Shown in pieces: positions 32,810 to 44,440 of a stretch of 64,000 nucleotides of DNA. Both the position numbers and the translations under genes were made by a program. Source of the DNA: Anaeromyxobacter sp. (lineage in GTDB: Bacteria > Myxococcota > Myxococcia > Myxococcales > Anaeromyxobacteraceae); NCBI GenBank assembly GCA_049840735.1, contig JASGJN010000017.1, positions 64,001 through 128,000 of the forward strand. Reading direction: 5' to 3'. Within the stretch, counting starts at the first letter, position 1, and each line of letters begins with the position of its first letter. A model generated the notes under the pieces. That model was not told where the DNA came from. It ran no database searches and worked only from the letters and a program-made list of their open reading frames with translations.

Positions 32810-33478
32810 CTACTTGCAGGTGGGCGGCTCCGACTGGATGGTCACCTTCTCCAGGCGGGTCTGGGCGTTCCCGCCCTTGGCGATCAGGTGGACCAGGTCG
32901 CAGCCGCAGACGCCCTTGCCGAACCGCGTGTAACCGCACGCGCCGCTGGGCGAGTTGCAGGGGCGCGGCTCGAGCTGGGGGACCTGGTTGCCGGCCCCCT
33001 CGGTGATGAAGAACTGCGAGCCGTTGGTGTTGGGGCCGGAGTTGGCCATGGCCAGCACACAGGGCTTGTCGAACAGGATCGTGCCGGGCTTGGGCAGCTC
33101 GTCGGCGAACTTGTAGCCGGGCCCGGACATGCCGTACGTCACGCCGCCGGCGGCGCTGGACCCCAGCGGCTGGCTGCGGGTGACCGGGTCGCCGCCCTGG
33201 ATCATGAAGCCCATGATCACGCGGTGGAAGAGCGTGCCGTCGAAGTAGGCGCCCTTCTTCTGCTCGCCGGTGAGCGGGTCGCGGTAGGCCTTCTTGCCGG
33301 TGGCCAGCTCCACGAAGTTGGCCACGGTCTTGGGGGCCTCCTGCGGGAGGAGCTGCACGCCGATGGTCCCCTTGGACGTCTTGAAGACGGCGTACACGGG
33401 CTTGCCGTCCGCGGCGAAGGCGGCGGCGGGGGCGGCGAGGCAAAGCGCTGCGGTGAGCAGGATGGCCGGTCTCGTCAT
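32810..33478 (-). CDS. Exported cyclophilin-type peptidyl-prolyl isomerase
   Basis: Signal peptide, FHRVIMGFMIQGGDP, NGSQFFIT. Confidence 0.93.
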   Translation of the reverse strand: MTRPAILLTAALCLAAPAAAFAADGKPVYAVFKTSKGTIGVQLLPQEAPKTVANFVELATGKKAYRDPLTGEQKKGAYFDGTLFHRVIMGFMIQGGDPVTRSQPLGSSAAGGVTYGMSGPGYKFADELPKPGTILFDKPCVLAMANSGPNTNGSQFFITEGAGNQVPQLEPRPCNSPSGACGYTRFGKGVCGCDLVHLIAKGGNAQTRLEKVTIQSEPPTCK

Positions 33479-33526
33479 GCGGCGGGATGCTAGTCGGGCC
33501 CCCCCGGGGCGGCAAATGGAAACGGC

Positions 33527-34594
33527 TCAGCGCTTGCGGCGCCGCCCCGCGGGGGCCGCCTTGGACCGGGCCTTGGCGGGATGTGCCCGCGCCGGCTTGG
33601 TGCGCGCCGCCGGCTTGCGGGTGCGCTTGGGCCGCGGGGCGGCGGCCTGCTCCGGCTCCCCGGCGGGCGCCTCCTGGGCAGCCGCGCTGGGCGCCGGGTC
33701 GGCGGCGACCGGCGCCTCGACGCGCGGCGCCTCGGCCGGCGCCGCGACGGATGGCGCGGGGGATGGCGCGGGGGCAGGCGGCGGCGCCAGCGAGGCGGCG
33801 GGCAGCGGGAAGGGCTCGGCGGGGGGCGGCGCGGCCTCGGCGAAGCGGCGCCCCAGGGCCTCGATGGCCAGCTTCGCGGCGGCCTGCTCGGCGTCCTTCT
33901 TCGAGCGGCCCACGCCGCGCCCCAGCACCTCGCCGCGGAGATCGACCTCCACCTCGAAGGTCTTGGAGTGGTCCGGGCCGTGCTCGGCCACCACGCGGTA
34001 GCGCGGGGAGGCCCGCATCCGGCTCTGCGCCAGCTCCTGGAGCTGGGTCTTGAAGTCGCGGTCCAGCGTGCCGGCGGCGGCGCGGGCGCAGGCCTCGCCC
34101 AGGAAGCGGTCGATGAGCGCGAAGACCGGCGGCAGCCCGGCGCCGAGGAACAGCGAGGCGATCACCGCCTCCATGGCGTCGGCCAGCAGCGAGGGCTTCT
34201 CCCGCCCACCGGTCAGCTCCTCGCCGCGCCCGAGCCGGAGCAGCGGCCCCAGGTCGAGCGCGCGGGCCATCTCGCAGAGCCCCTGCTCATCCACCACCGC
34301 GGCGCGCATCTTGGAGAGCTCGCCCTCGCGCGCGGCCGGGAACTGCTCCATCAGGCGGTGCGAGACGGCCAGGTCGATGACCGCGTCGCCCAGGAACTCC
34401 AGCCGCTCGTTGTCCTGCAGGCCGGGGTCGTCCTTGTGCTCGTTGACGTAGGACTTGTGCGTCAGCGCCGCGAGCGCCATGCCCCGCGCCACGACCGGCA
34501 TGGCCAGCCGCTGCTCCAGCGCCACGACCGGATCGACCGGGCCGCCCGCCAGGCGACCGCCGCCCGCGCCAGGTGACGCGCCCTCGCCGCTCAT
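33527..34594 (-). CDS. rnc: Ribonuclease III with long Pro/Ala/Lys C-terminal tail
   Basis: NERLEFLGDAV, LADAMEA, dsRBD GRSKKDAEQAAA. Confidence 0.96.
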   Translation of the reverse strand: MSGEGASPGAGGGRLAGGPVDPVVALEQRLAMPVVARGMALAALTHKSYVNEHKDDPGLQDNERLEFLGDAVIDLAVSHRLMEQFPAAREGELSKMRAAVVDEQGLCEMARALDLGPLLRLGRGEELTGGREKPSLLADAMEAVIASLFLGAGLPPVFALIDRFLGEACARAAAGTLDRDFKTQLQELAQSRMRASPRYRVVAEHGPDHSKTFEVEVDLRGEVLGRGVGRSKKDAEQAAAKLAIEALGRRFAEAAPPPAEPFPLPAASLAPPPAPAPSPAPSVAAPAEAPRVEAPVAADPAPSAAAQEAPAGEPEQAAAPRPKRTRKPAARTKPARAHPAKARSKAAPAGRRRKR

Positions 34595-35625
34595 CTGGAC
34601 TCCGCGTGGGCGCGCAGGCGCGAGGCCAGCTCCTCCGCCAGGCCGTAGGGGTCGGCCTCGCGCGCCGCGATGCGCGCGGCCACCGCGTCGAGCCGTCCCA
34701 TCTCCTCCTCCAGCCGCGCCAGCGCGCCGGCCAGCAGCCGCTCGCGCAGCACGGTCACGAAGACGGCCCGGGCCCGCTCCACCGCCCGCCGCTGCCCCTC
34801 GGCCGTGGAGGCCAGGAGATCGCGGTGCCGCTCGAGCGCGGCCACCAGGTCGTCCACGCCCTGGTCCCTGACCGCCACCGTCCGCACGATGGGCGGCTCC
34901 CACTCGCCGGGCGGCGGGGCGCCCTCGCCCTCCCCGTCCATGCGGTGGTCCGCGTCGTGCTCGAGCGGTCGGCCCAGCACCTGCCGGCGCAGCTCCAGCA
35001 TGACCTGCAGGTCGCGCACGGTCCGGTCGGCGCCGTCGCGGTCGGCCTTGTTGACGGCGAAGACGTCGGCGATCTCCAGCACGCCGGCCTTGATGGCCTG
35101 CACGTCGTCGCCCAGGCCGGGCACGGTGACCACCACGGTGGTCTGCGCCAGCGAGGCGATCTCAATCTCGTCCTGGCCGACGCCCACCGTCTCGACCAGC
35201 ACCACGTCCTTGCCCATGGCGTCCATCACCGCGACCAGCTCGGCGGTGGAGCGCGACAGGCCGCCCAGGTGGCCGCGGGTGCCCAGCGAGCGGATGAACA
35301 CGCCCTCGTCGGTGGCGTGCTCCTGCATGCGGATCCGGTCGCCCAGGATGGCGCCGCCGGTGAACGGGCTGGACGGGTCCACGGCGATCACGCCCACCGT
35401 CTTCCCCTGCCTGCGCAGGTGGGCGATGAGCCGGTCGGTGAGCGACGACTTGCCGGCGCCGGGGGCGCCGGTCAGGCCGATCACCCAGGCCTTGCCGGTG
35501 TGGGGAAAGAGCTCGCGCAGCACGGCCTCGGCGCCGGGGAGCCGGTCGTCGAGGTCGCGCATCAGGCGGGCGGCGGCCCGCACGTCGCCGGCGCGGACGC
35601 GCGCGGCGAGACCGTTGGTGGCCAT
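34591..35625 (-). CDS. meaB: MeaB/ArgK GTPase
   Basis: GAPGAGKS, AVDPSSPFTGGAILGDRIRM, ETVGVGQ, NKAD. Confidence 0.95.
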   Translation of the reverse strand: MATNGLAARVRAGDVRAAARLMRDLDDRLPGAEAVLRELFPHTGKAWVIGLTGAPGAGKSSLTDRLIAHLRRQGKTVGVIAVDPSSPFTGGAILGDRIRMQEHATDEGVFIRSLGTRGHLGGLSRSTAELVAVMDAMGKDVVLVETVGVGQDEIEIASLAQTTVVVTVPGLGDDVQAIKAGVLEIADVFAVNKADRDGADRTVRDLQVMLELRRQVLGRPLEHDADHRMDGEGEGAPPPGEWEPPIVRTVAVRDQGVDDLVAALERHRDLLASTAEGQRRAVERARAVFVTVLRERLLAGALARLEEEMGRLDAVAARIAAREADPYGLAEELASRLRAHAESR

Positions 35626-36947
35626 CAGTACGCCGCCGCCTCCGGCACGAAGTTGGCGACCAGGATGGCCGCGGACATCTTCCGCGGCGCGCCCATGGGC
35701 TGGCGCTGCCTGTCGAGCTGCCGGTAGATCACGTGTCCTTCCTGCACCTGGTCGATCTGGACGAGGAGGCGCCAGCCGCCCCGCTCCTGCGTGAAGACCG
35801 CCTCGAAGTCGGCCCGCTTCAGCACGCGGGCGGCGCCGTAGGGGCGGCCGTCGATGTCGGTCCCGACATAGCGCACCTCGTCCGGCCCCGCCTGCTCCAG
35901 CACCACGTTCATCACCCAGACCTCGCTCGGGTGGGGCAGCAGGTGGCTGGGCACCTCGCCGGCCGGGGCGCCGCCGTCGTCGGGCGCCAGCGAGACCTCC
36001 GGGGCGTCGGGCGAGACGCCCAGCGCCAGGGCCACCACGGCGCGCGTCCCGGGGAACGACGCCAGGTCGAAGCGGTCGGACCAAACGTCGCCGCTGGGGC
36101 CGATGAGCCGCCCCTTGAACCGCGTGCCCATCTCGCGCGAGGCCACGAAGCGGTAGCGGGTGTCGCCGTGCACGAACTCCTGCAGGAGCTCGAGCATGGC
36201 GTTGGGGGCCAGGATGGACTCCTCGCCGAAGACCTTGGCCAGCGTGGCCAGCGTGAGCGCGTTGCGCGGCGGCGGCGTGGCCTCGAGGTGGTGCCCGGGG
36301 GGCCCCTCGGCCCCGCGCGCGGCCGGGGCGCCGGCGGGGCTCCCCACCGACATGCGCGGCACGGCGTTGACCAGGTAGATCTCGAGGTCGGTGGGGCTCG
36401 GGTACTCGGCCAGCTGGAGCGCCGGGAACTCGGCCGCCACCTCGAAGGGCTTGCCGCCCACCGGCGCCACGCGCGAGACCCGGACGCCGTCCACGCCGCC
36501 CATGATCTCGAAGGCGTGGGTGGCGGTCTTCACCACCGCGCGCGCGACCAGCCGGTCGGGATCGACCGCGACCTCCAGCCGCAGCGCCCGCATGCGCATG
36601 GCCACGTCGCCCAGCGCCGCCGCCAGGCGGGTCAGGGCCTGCCCCACCGCGGCCTCGAGCGCGCCCAGCCGCTCGTGCTCGTAGAAGTTGAGCGGGCCGA
36701 GCGCGGAGAGCGGCGGGTCGGTGAAGCGGAGCCGGTCGTGGCCGTCCACCACGAAGCGGCCGCGCGTGACCGGCTGCCCGCCGAGCGGGTTGACGGGCCG
36801 CTGGGTGAAGGCCAGCTCGCCCTCCAGCGTCTCCCGGTCGGCGCCCAGCCGCACCGGCACGCCCAGCGCGGACAGCTTCCGCGACGCGATCTGGTTGAGC
36901 CGCTCCCGCGGGATGCGGCCGATGATGGTGTGTTCGCCTTCGGACAT
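35625..36947 (-). CDS. Hypothetical protein; stop overlaps the meaB start
   Basis: 440-aa ORF with typical codon bias within the operon. Confidence 0.8.
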   Translation of the reverse strand: MSEGEHTIIGRIPRERLNQIASRKLSALGVPVRLGADRETLEGELAFTQRPVNPLGGQPVTRGRFVVDGHDRLRFTDPPLSALGPLNFYEHERLGALEAAVGQALTRLAAALGDVAMRMRALRLEVAVDPDRLVARAVVKTATHAFEIMGGVDGVRVSRVAPVGGKPFEVAAEFPALQLAEYPSPTDLEIYLVNAVPRMSVGSPAGAPAARGAEGPPGHHLEATPPPRNALTLATLAKVFGEESILAPNAMLELLQEFVHGDTRYRFVASREMGTRFKGRLIGPSGDVWSDRFDLASFPGTRAVVALALGVSPDAPEVSLAPDDGGAPAGEVPSHLLPHPSEVWVMNVVLEQAGPDEVRYVGTDIDGRPYGAARVLKRADFEAVFTQERGGWRLLVQIDQVQEGHVIYRQLDRQRQPMGAPRKMSAAILVANFVPEAAAY

Positions 36948-36959
36948 CCGGCGGAGAAT

Positions 36960-38099
36960 CTACCGCAGAATCTCCCGGGAGATGACCATCCGCTGCACCT
37001 CGCTGGTCCCTTCGCCGATCTCGGTCAGCTTGGCGTCACGAAAGTACCGCTCCACGGGGAAGTCGCGCGTGTACCCGTAGCCGCCGTGGACCTGGATGGC
37101 CCGCGACGTGGCGCGCATGGCCGCCTCGCTGGCGTAGAGCTTCGCCATGGAGGCCTCCTTCCCGAAGGGTGCGCCTGCGTCGCACAGGGCTGCGGCGCGG
37201 TGTACCAGCAGCCGGGCGGCGTCCACCTCGGTGGCCATGTCGGCCAGCATGAACTGGATGGCCTGGAACCCGGCGATGGGCTGCCCGAACGCCTTGCGCT
37301 CCCGCGCGTAGGCGCGCGCCTCCTCCAGCGCCCCCCGGCCAAGCCCCACGGCCAGGGCGCCGATCGAGATCCGGCCCCGATCGAGGATCCGGAGCGTGTC
37401 CAGGAACCCCTCCCCGACCGCGCCCAGCCGCCGGTCGTCCCCGACCTCCACCTCCTCGAGCACCAGCTCGGCGGTATCGGAGCTGCGCATCCCCAGCTTG
37501 GCGTGGATGGCCCGCTGCGTGAACCCGGGCATCCCCTTCTCCAGCACGAACGCGGTGATGCCGCGCTGCTTCCGCTCCGGGTCGCTCCGGGCCAGCACCA
37601 CGAAGGTGTCCCCCACGGTGCCCTGCGTGATGAAGGTCTTGGCGCCGTTCAGCACCCAGCCGTCGCCGCGCCGGACCGCGGTGGTCTGCATGCCGGCCGC
37701 GTCCGAGCCGCTGCCGGGCTCGGTCAGCGCCCATGCGGCGAGCCGCTGCCCGCTGGCCAGCCCCGGCAGCCAGCGCTCGCGCTGGGCGTCGCTGCCGAAG
37801 CGGAGGATGTGGCCGGTGCCCAGCCCGTTGTGGCTGGCCACCGTCAGGGCCAGCGAGCCGTCGAAGCGGGCCACCTCCTCCACCACCACGGCGGCGGCCA
37901 GCGCGCCCATGCCGGCGCCGCCCCAGGCCTCCGGGACCGTGATGCCCAGGAGCCCCATCTCGCCCAGCTGGCGCACCACCTGGTGCGGGAAGGTGCCGCC
38001 CTCGTCCCAGGCCCGGGCGTGCGGCTTCACCTCGGCCTCGCAGAAGGCCCGGACGGTCCGCTGGATCTCGCGCAGCTCCTCGGGCAGCTCGAAGTTCAT
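36960..38099 (-). CDS. Acyl-CoA dehydrogenase (isovaleryl-CoA dehydrogenase-like by context)
   Basis: [29 protein letters not shown]. Confidence 0.93.
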   Translation of the reverse strand: MNFELPEELREIQRTVRAFCEAEVKPHARAWDEGGTFPHQVVRQLGEMGLLGITVPEAWGGAGMGALAAAVVVEEVARFDGSLALTVASHNGLGTGHILRFGSDAQRERWLPGLASGQRLAAWALTEPGSGSDAAGMQTTAVRRGDGWVLNGAKTFITQGTVGDTFVVLARSDPERKQRGITAFVLEKGMPGFTQRAIHAKLGMRSSDTAELVLEEVEVGDDRRLGAVGEGFLDTLRILDRGRISIGALAVGLGRGALEEARAYARERKAFGQPIAGFQAIQFMLADMATEVDAARLLVHRAAALCDAGAPFGKEASMAKLYASEAAMRATSRAIQVHGGYGYTRDFPVERYFRDAKLTEIGEGTSEVQRMVISREILR

Positions 38100-38112
38100 G
38101 GGGTCCTCCGGG

Positions 38113-39693
38113 TCAGACCGGGGTGATGGCGCGCTTGCGCTCGCGGGGCGGCTCGTAGCCCTCCGCCGCCACGGCGAGGCGGCGGGTGAGCTCCTCGCGC
38201 AGCGCGTGGCCGGGCACCACCGCGTCCACCACCAGCTCGCTGGCCAGCTTCAGCAGGTCGATGTCCTGGCGGTACTCCTCCCGCAGCGCGGCCACGTAGG
38301 CGGCCCGCTCGGCCTCCGGCCTCTCCTGGATCTTGTTGAAGTAGACGGCGTTCACCGCCGCCTCCGGCCCCATCACCGCGATCATGGCCTGCGGCAGCGC
38401 CAGCGTGGCGCTGGGGGCGAAGCCGGGGCCGTCCATGGCGTAGAGCCCGGCGCCGTAGGCCTTGCGGACCACCACGCACATCCGCGGCACGGTGGCCTCG
38501 GAGACGGCGCTGATCATCTTGGCGCCGGAGCGGATGATCCCCGCCCGCTCCACCTTGGTCCCGATCATGAAGCCGGGCACGTCGGCCAGGTAGAGCAGCG
38601 GCACGTTGAAGGCGTCGCAGAGCCAGATGAAGCGGGCGGCCTTGTCGGCCGAGTCCACGAAGAGCACGCCGCCCTTCACCTTGGGCTGGTTGGCGACGAT
38701 CCCCACCACCCGGCCGTCGATGCGGGCCAGGCCGGTGACCAGCTCGCCGGCCCACAGCTTCTTCACCTCCAGGAACGAGCCCTCGTCCACCACCGCCTCG
38801 ATCAGCTCCTGCACGTCGAAGGGCTTGTTCTGGTCGCGCGGCACGATCTCGGCCACGGGGCGTCCGGGGCGCGGCGGGCGGGCCGGGGCCGCGGGCGGCA
38901 GCTCGCGGTGGCTCCGCGGCAGGTAGGAGAACCAGCGGCGGGCCAGCTGCAGGGCCTCGTCCTCGGTGGCGACCAGGAAGTCGCCGCAGCCGGAGACGGC
39001 GCAGTGCATGCGGGCGCCCCCCAGCTCCTCCAGCGTGACCTTCTCGCCGATGACCATCTCGGCCATGCGCGGCGAGCCCAGGTACATGGAGGCGTTGCCC
39101 TCCACCATGACGACCACGTCGCAGAAGGCCGGGATGTACGCCCCGCCGGCGGCGGACGGGCCGAAGAGCAGGCAGATCTGCGGCACGCGGCCGGAGAGGT
39201 GCACCTCGTTGTGGAAGATGCGCCCGGCGCCGCGCCGGCCCGGGAACATTTCCACCTGGTCGGTGATGCGCGCGCCGGCCGAGTCCACCAGGTAGAAGAG
39301 CGGCAGCCGCTGCGCCGCGGCCACCTCCTGGATGCGCAGGATCTTCTCCACCGTCCGCGCGCCCCAGCTCCCGGCCTTGACGGTCGAGTCGTTGGCCATC
39401 ACCGCCACGGCGCGCCCGTCGATCCGCCCCACGCCGGTGATCACGCCGTCGGCGGGCAGCTCCGGGTCGACGGCGTTGGCCAGCGCCCCGTCCTCCACGA
39501 ACGAGCCGGGGTCGAGCAGCCGGGCCAGCCGCTCGCGCGCGAACAGCTTGCCGCTCTCGGCGTTCTTGGCGTGGTAGCGCGGCGCGCCGCCCTGCTCGAC
39601 CCGGCGCAGCGCCTCGTCGAAGCGCTGGTCGGGCGAAGCCTCGGCCGCGCGGTCGCCGCCGGCGCCGGGGCCGGCCTCCCTGGTGGTGGTCAC
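38113..39693 (-). CDS. Acyl-CoA carboxylase carboxyltransferase subunit (methylcrotonyl-CoA carboxylase beta-like)
   Basis: [28 protein letters not shown]. Confidence 0.93.
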   Translation of the reverse strand: MTTTREAGPGAGGDRAAEASPDQRFDEALRRVEQGGAPRYHAKNAESGKLFARERLARLLDPGSFVEDGALANAVDPELPADGVITGVGRIDGRAVAVMANDSTVKAGSWGARTVEKILRIQEVAAAQRLPLFYLVDSAGARITDQVEMFPGRRGAGRIFHNEVHLSGRVPQICLLFGPSAAGGAYIPAFCDVVVMVEGNASMYLGSPRMAEMVIGEKVTLEELGGARMHCAVSGCGDFLVATEDEALQLARRWFSYLPRSHRELPPAAPARPPRPGRPVAEIVPRDQNKPFDVQELIEAVVDEGSFLEVKKLWAGELVTGLARIDGRVVGIVANQPKVKGGVLFVDSADKAARFIWLCDAFNVPLLYLADVPGFMIGTKVERAGIIRSGAKMISAVSEATVPRMCVVVRKAYGAGLYAMDGPGFAPSATLALPQAMIAVMGPEAAVNAVYFNKIQERPEAERAAYVAALREEYRQDIDLLKLASELVVDAVVPGHALREELTRRLAVAAEGYEPPRERKRAITPV

Positions 39694-39700
39694 TCGAGCC

Positions 39701-40477
39701 TCACTCTCCGGTGAAGACCGGCGGCCGCTTCTCCGCGAAGGCGCGCAGCGCCTCGGTCCGATCGCGCGTGCCCAGGCACGCCTGGTACAGCTGGTGCTCC
39801 AGCGCCAGCGCCTCCTCCAGCGGCAGGTGGAAGGCGCCGTCCACGGCCCGCTTGGCCTGGCGCAGCGAGATGGGGGCGTTGCGGGCGATCCGCTCGGCCA
39901 GCGCCAGCGCGTCGGGCACCAGCCGCTGCGGCGGGGCCAGCTGGGTCACCAGCCCCATGGCCAGCGCCTCGGCGGCGCCGGCGCGGCGCGCGGTCAGGAT
40001 CAGCGCCTTGGCTTGGGCCACGCCCACCAGCCGCGCCAGCCGCACGGTGCCGCCGCCGCCGGGGATGATGCCCAGCGAGACCTCCGGCAGCCCGAGCTGG
40101 GCCGCGTCGGAGGCGATGCGCAGGTCGCAGGCCAGCGCCAGCTCCAGCCCGCCCCCCAGCGCCGCCCCGTTGAGCGCGGCCACGAAGACCTGCGGCGCCT
40201 GCTCGATGGCCCGCAGCGCGTCGCGCAGCCCGCGGTGGAAGGCGTGCACCTCCGCCTCGGCCATCCGCGCCCGCTCCTTGAGGTCGGCCCCGGCGCAGAA
40301 GGCCTTGTCGCCCGCGCCGGTGATCACCACGCAGCGCAGGTCGCGGTCGCCGGCGGCCCGCGCCATGAGCTCGTCCAGCTCGCGCAGCATGGCCTGCGAG
40401 ATGGCGTTGCGCCGGTCCTCGCCGTCGATGGTCCAGAGCTCGACGTTGCCCTGCCGCTCCACCCTGAACTCGGCCAT
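39701..40477 (-). CDS. Enoyl-CoA hydratase (methylglutaconyl-CoA hydratase-like)
   Basis: [35 protein letters not shown]. Confidence 0.93.
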   Translation of the reverse strand: MAEFRVERQGNVELWTIDGEDRRNAISQAMLRELDELMARAAGDRDLRCVVITGAGDKAFCAGADLKERARMAEAEVHAFHRGLRDALRAIEQAPQVFVAALNGAALGGGLELALACDLRIASDAAQLGLPEVSLGIIPGGGGTVRLARLVGVAQAKALILTARRAGAAEALAMGLVTQLAPPQRLVPDALALAERIARNAPISLRQAKRAVDGAFHLPLEEALALEHQLYQACLGTRDRTEALRAFAEKRPPVFTGE

Positions 40478-40487
40478 GCGTGCTCTC

Positions 40488-41426
40488 CTAGGTCGCCGCC
40501 GCAGCGGCCTGCCCTGCCAGCGCGGCCTGCAGCGCCTTGCCCGGCAGCCGCCGCGCCACCAGCCGCTGCGCCAGCGCGCCGGCCGCCACCAGCCGGTCCC
40601 AGTCCACGCCGGTCTCGAGCCCCATGCCGTGGAGCAGGTAGACCAGGTCCTCGGTGGCCAGGTTGCCGGAGGCGCCCGGCGCATAGGGGCAGCCGCCCAG
40701 GCCGCCCACTGCCGAGTCGAAGGTGGTGATCCCGGCCTCCAGCGCCACCACTACGTTGGCGAGCGCGGTCCCGCGGGTGTCGTGGAGGTGGAGCGCCAGC
40801 TGCTCCGGCCTGGCCCGTTGCAGGGCGGCCGCCACGATGCGGCGGGTCTGGTTGGGGGTGCCCACGCCGATGGTGTCGCCCAGCGACACCTGGTGGCAGC
40901 CCAGCGACAGCAGCCGCGCAGCGATCTCCACCGCCCGCCCCTCGTCCACGCGCCCCTCGTAGGGGCAGCCCCAGACCGTGGAGACGTAGCCGCGGACCTC
41001 CAGCCCGGCGGCGAGCGCCGCCGGCACCACCGTGGCCAGCTCGGCCAGCGTCTCGTCGATCCCCCTGTTGACGTTCTTGCGGCAGTGCGTCTCGGACGCG
41101 GAGAGGAAGACGGCCGCGGCGACCGGCGGATGGCCAGGACCGGCCTGCGCCAGCGCCCCCTGCAGCCGCTCCAGGCCGCGGGTGTTCGGGACCAGCACCA
41201 CGTACGAGAGGCCCGGGCGCGCCGGCAGCGCGGCCGTCACCTCGGCGGCGTCGGCCAGCTGCGGAATCCACCTGGGCGAGACGAAGCTGGTGGCCTCGAT
41301 GCGCGGCAGCCCGGACGCCGAAAGCGCCTGGATCAGCGCCAGCTTTTCCGACGTGGCGAGCGCGGTGGCCTCGTTCTGCAGGCCATCGCGCGGGCCCACC
41401 TCGTAGACCGTGATCCTGGGCGGCAT
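40488..41426 (-). CDS. Hydroxymethylglutaryl-CoA lyase
   Basis: [30 protein letters not shown]. Confidence 0.95.
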   Translation of the reverse strand: MPPRITVYEVGPRDGLQNEATALATSEKLALIQALSASGLPRIEATSFVSPRWIPQLADAAEVTAALPARPGLSYVVLVPNTRGLERLQGALAQAGPGHPPVAAAVFLSASETHCRKNVNRGIDETLAELATVVPAALAAGLEVRGYVSTVWGCPYEGRVDEGRAVEIAARLLSLGCHQVSLGDTIGVGTPNQTRRIVAAALQRARPEQLALHLHDTRGTALANVVVALEAGITTFDSAVGGLGGCPYAPGASGNLATEDLVYLLHGMGLETGVDWDRLVAAGALAQRLVARRLPGKALQAALAGQAAAAAT

Positions 41427-41438
41427 CGGGCCGGATCA

Positions 41439-42866
<1,428 letters not shown>

Positions 42867-42894
42867 TCACCTGCCCGCCGCTGGAGGGAACGGC

Positions 42895-42923
42895 AAGCTA
42901 GTGAGGGCACCCCAGGCTGTCAA
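42895..42923 (-). promoter_or_regulatory. Sigma70-type promoter for thiC
   Basis: Minus strand TTGACA-17 bp-TAGCTT; the -10 element ends ~35 bp before the thiC ATG. Confidence 0.6.
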
Positions 42924-43057
42924 TTTGCTGGGGCAACGGGACGCGGCGTTCCCGCACCCCGCCGGGATCGCGCGCTGCGGCGCGGCGTGAAAGGTCCTTG
43001 CTCGCGGCGCCCCGTCGGTGGAAGAACGTCGGGCACTCGCGCGCGCACAGGAGCCCC

Positions 43058-44398
43058 ATGACCACCGAAGCCACCGCCGTCCCCACCGCCGAAGCGCCGC
43101 TGACGCTGCTGGAGCAGCCGCCGCGGCCGCTGGGGCTGGCCGACCAGGCCGTGCTCTGGGGCAACCTGGGCATCACGCTCACCATCCCGGTGGCGGCGGC
43201 CTTCGTGCTGCAGCCGGTGGCCGGCGCCGAGCCGCTCACCCTGGCTGCGGCGGTGACGGCGGTGCTGGTGGGCGTGGGGCTGGGCACGCTGGTGCTGGCG
43301 CTCGCGGCGGTGCCGGGCGCGGAGACGGGCGCGCCGGCGATGGTGCTGCTGCGCGGCCTGGTGGGCGCCCGCGGCTCCTGGGTGCCGACGGCGCTCAATC
43401 TCGCGCAGTGCGTGGGGTGGGCCGCGGTGGAGGTCTTCGTGATCGCCCAGGGCGCCTCGCGGCTCCTGCCAGGCGTGCCTCGGCCCATCTTCGTGCTGGC
43501 GGCCGGCGCGGTGGCGACGCTGCTGGCGCTCTGGCCGCTGGGGTTCGTGCGCCGGCTGCGGCGCTACGCGGTCTGGCTGGTGCTGGCGGCCACGGCGGTG
43601 CTGTTCGTGGAGGTGCTGCGCCGGGGCGTGGTGGCGCCGCAGGGCGGTTCCTGGCGCCAGTTCTGGCTGGCGGTGGACGTGGTGGTGGCGCTCCCCATCT
43701 CCTGGGCGCCGCTGGCGGCCGACTACGCCCGCCACTCCCGCACGCCCGGGGCGGCCTTCGGCGGCGCGATGGGAGGCTTCTCGCTGGCGGCGGCGGCCTA
43801 CTTCCTGCTGGGCGTCTTCGCAATCACCGCCTCGCCGGAGGCCGGCGCCGATCCCATGGCCGCGCTGCTGGCGCTGCCGGCCGGCGCGGTGGCGCTGGCC
43901 ATCCTGGTGGTGGACGAGATCGACGAGGCCTTCGCCAACCTGTACTCGACCGCCGTCTCGGCCCAGAACTTCCGACCGTCGCTGGACCGCCGGGCGGTGG
44001 CCGTGGCGGTGGGCGTGCTCGCCACGCTGCTCGCCCTGGGCACCGAGATCGTCCAGTACGAGGGGTTCCTGTTCCTGCTGGGCTCGGTCTTCGTGCCGCT
44101 CTACGCGGTGCTGCTGGTGGACTACTTCCTGCTGCGTCGCCGCCGCTGGGACGTGGGCGACCAGGCGCCGCCGCGCCCCCTGATGATGCTCCCGTGGCTG
44201 GCGGGCTTCGTGGCCTACCAGCTCCTCAACCCCGGCAGCGTGCCCTGGTGGTCGGAGGTCTGGCAGCGCGCCCAGGGCGCGCTGCACGTCGCCCCGCCCA
44301 GCTGGCTGTCGGCGTCGATCACATCGTTCGTGGTCGCGGCGCTCGCGACGCTGCTGGTGGCGCCGCTGGAGGGGAAGCGGGCGGCGGCGCAGCGCTGA
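43058..44398 (+). CDS. NCS1 purine-cytosine permease (CytX-like HMP transporter)
   Basis: LWGNLGI, LNLAQCVGW, SWAPLAADYAR, FANLYS; divergent from thiC. Confidence 0.85.
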   Translation: MTTEATAVPTAEAPLTLLEQPPRPLGLADQAVLWGNLGITLTIPVAAAFVLQPVAGAEPLTLAAAVTAVLVGVGLGTLVLALAAVPGAETGAPAMVLLRGLVGARGSWVPTALNLAQCVGWAAVEVFVIAQGASRLLPGVPRPIFVLAAGAVATLLALWPLGFVRRLRRYAVWLVLAATAVLFVEVLRRGVVAPQGGSWRQFWLAVDVVVALPISWAPLAADYARHSRTPGAAFGGAMGGFSLAAAAYFLLGVFAITASPEAGADPMAALLALPAGAVALAILVVDEIDEAFANLYSTAVSAQNFRPSLDRRAVAVAVGVLATLLALGTEIVQYEGFLFLLGSVFVPLYAVLLVDYFLLRRRRWDVGDQAPPRPLMMLPWLAGFVAYQLLNPGSVPWWSEVWQRAQGALHVAPPSWLSASITSFVVAALATLLVAPLEGKRAAAQR

Positions 44399-44440
44399 GG
44401 AGTGGCGCCTGGGAACCGGGTCCCGGCCGCCGAACCCCGC

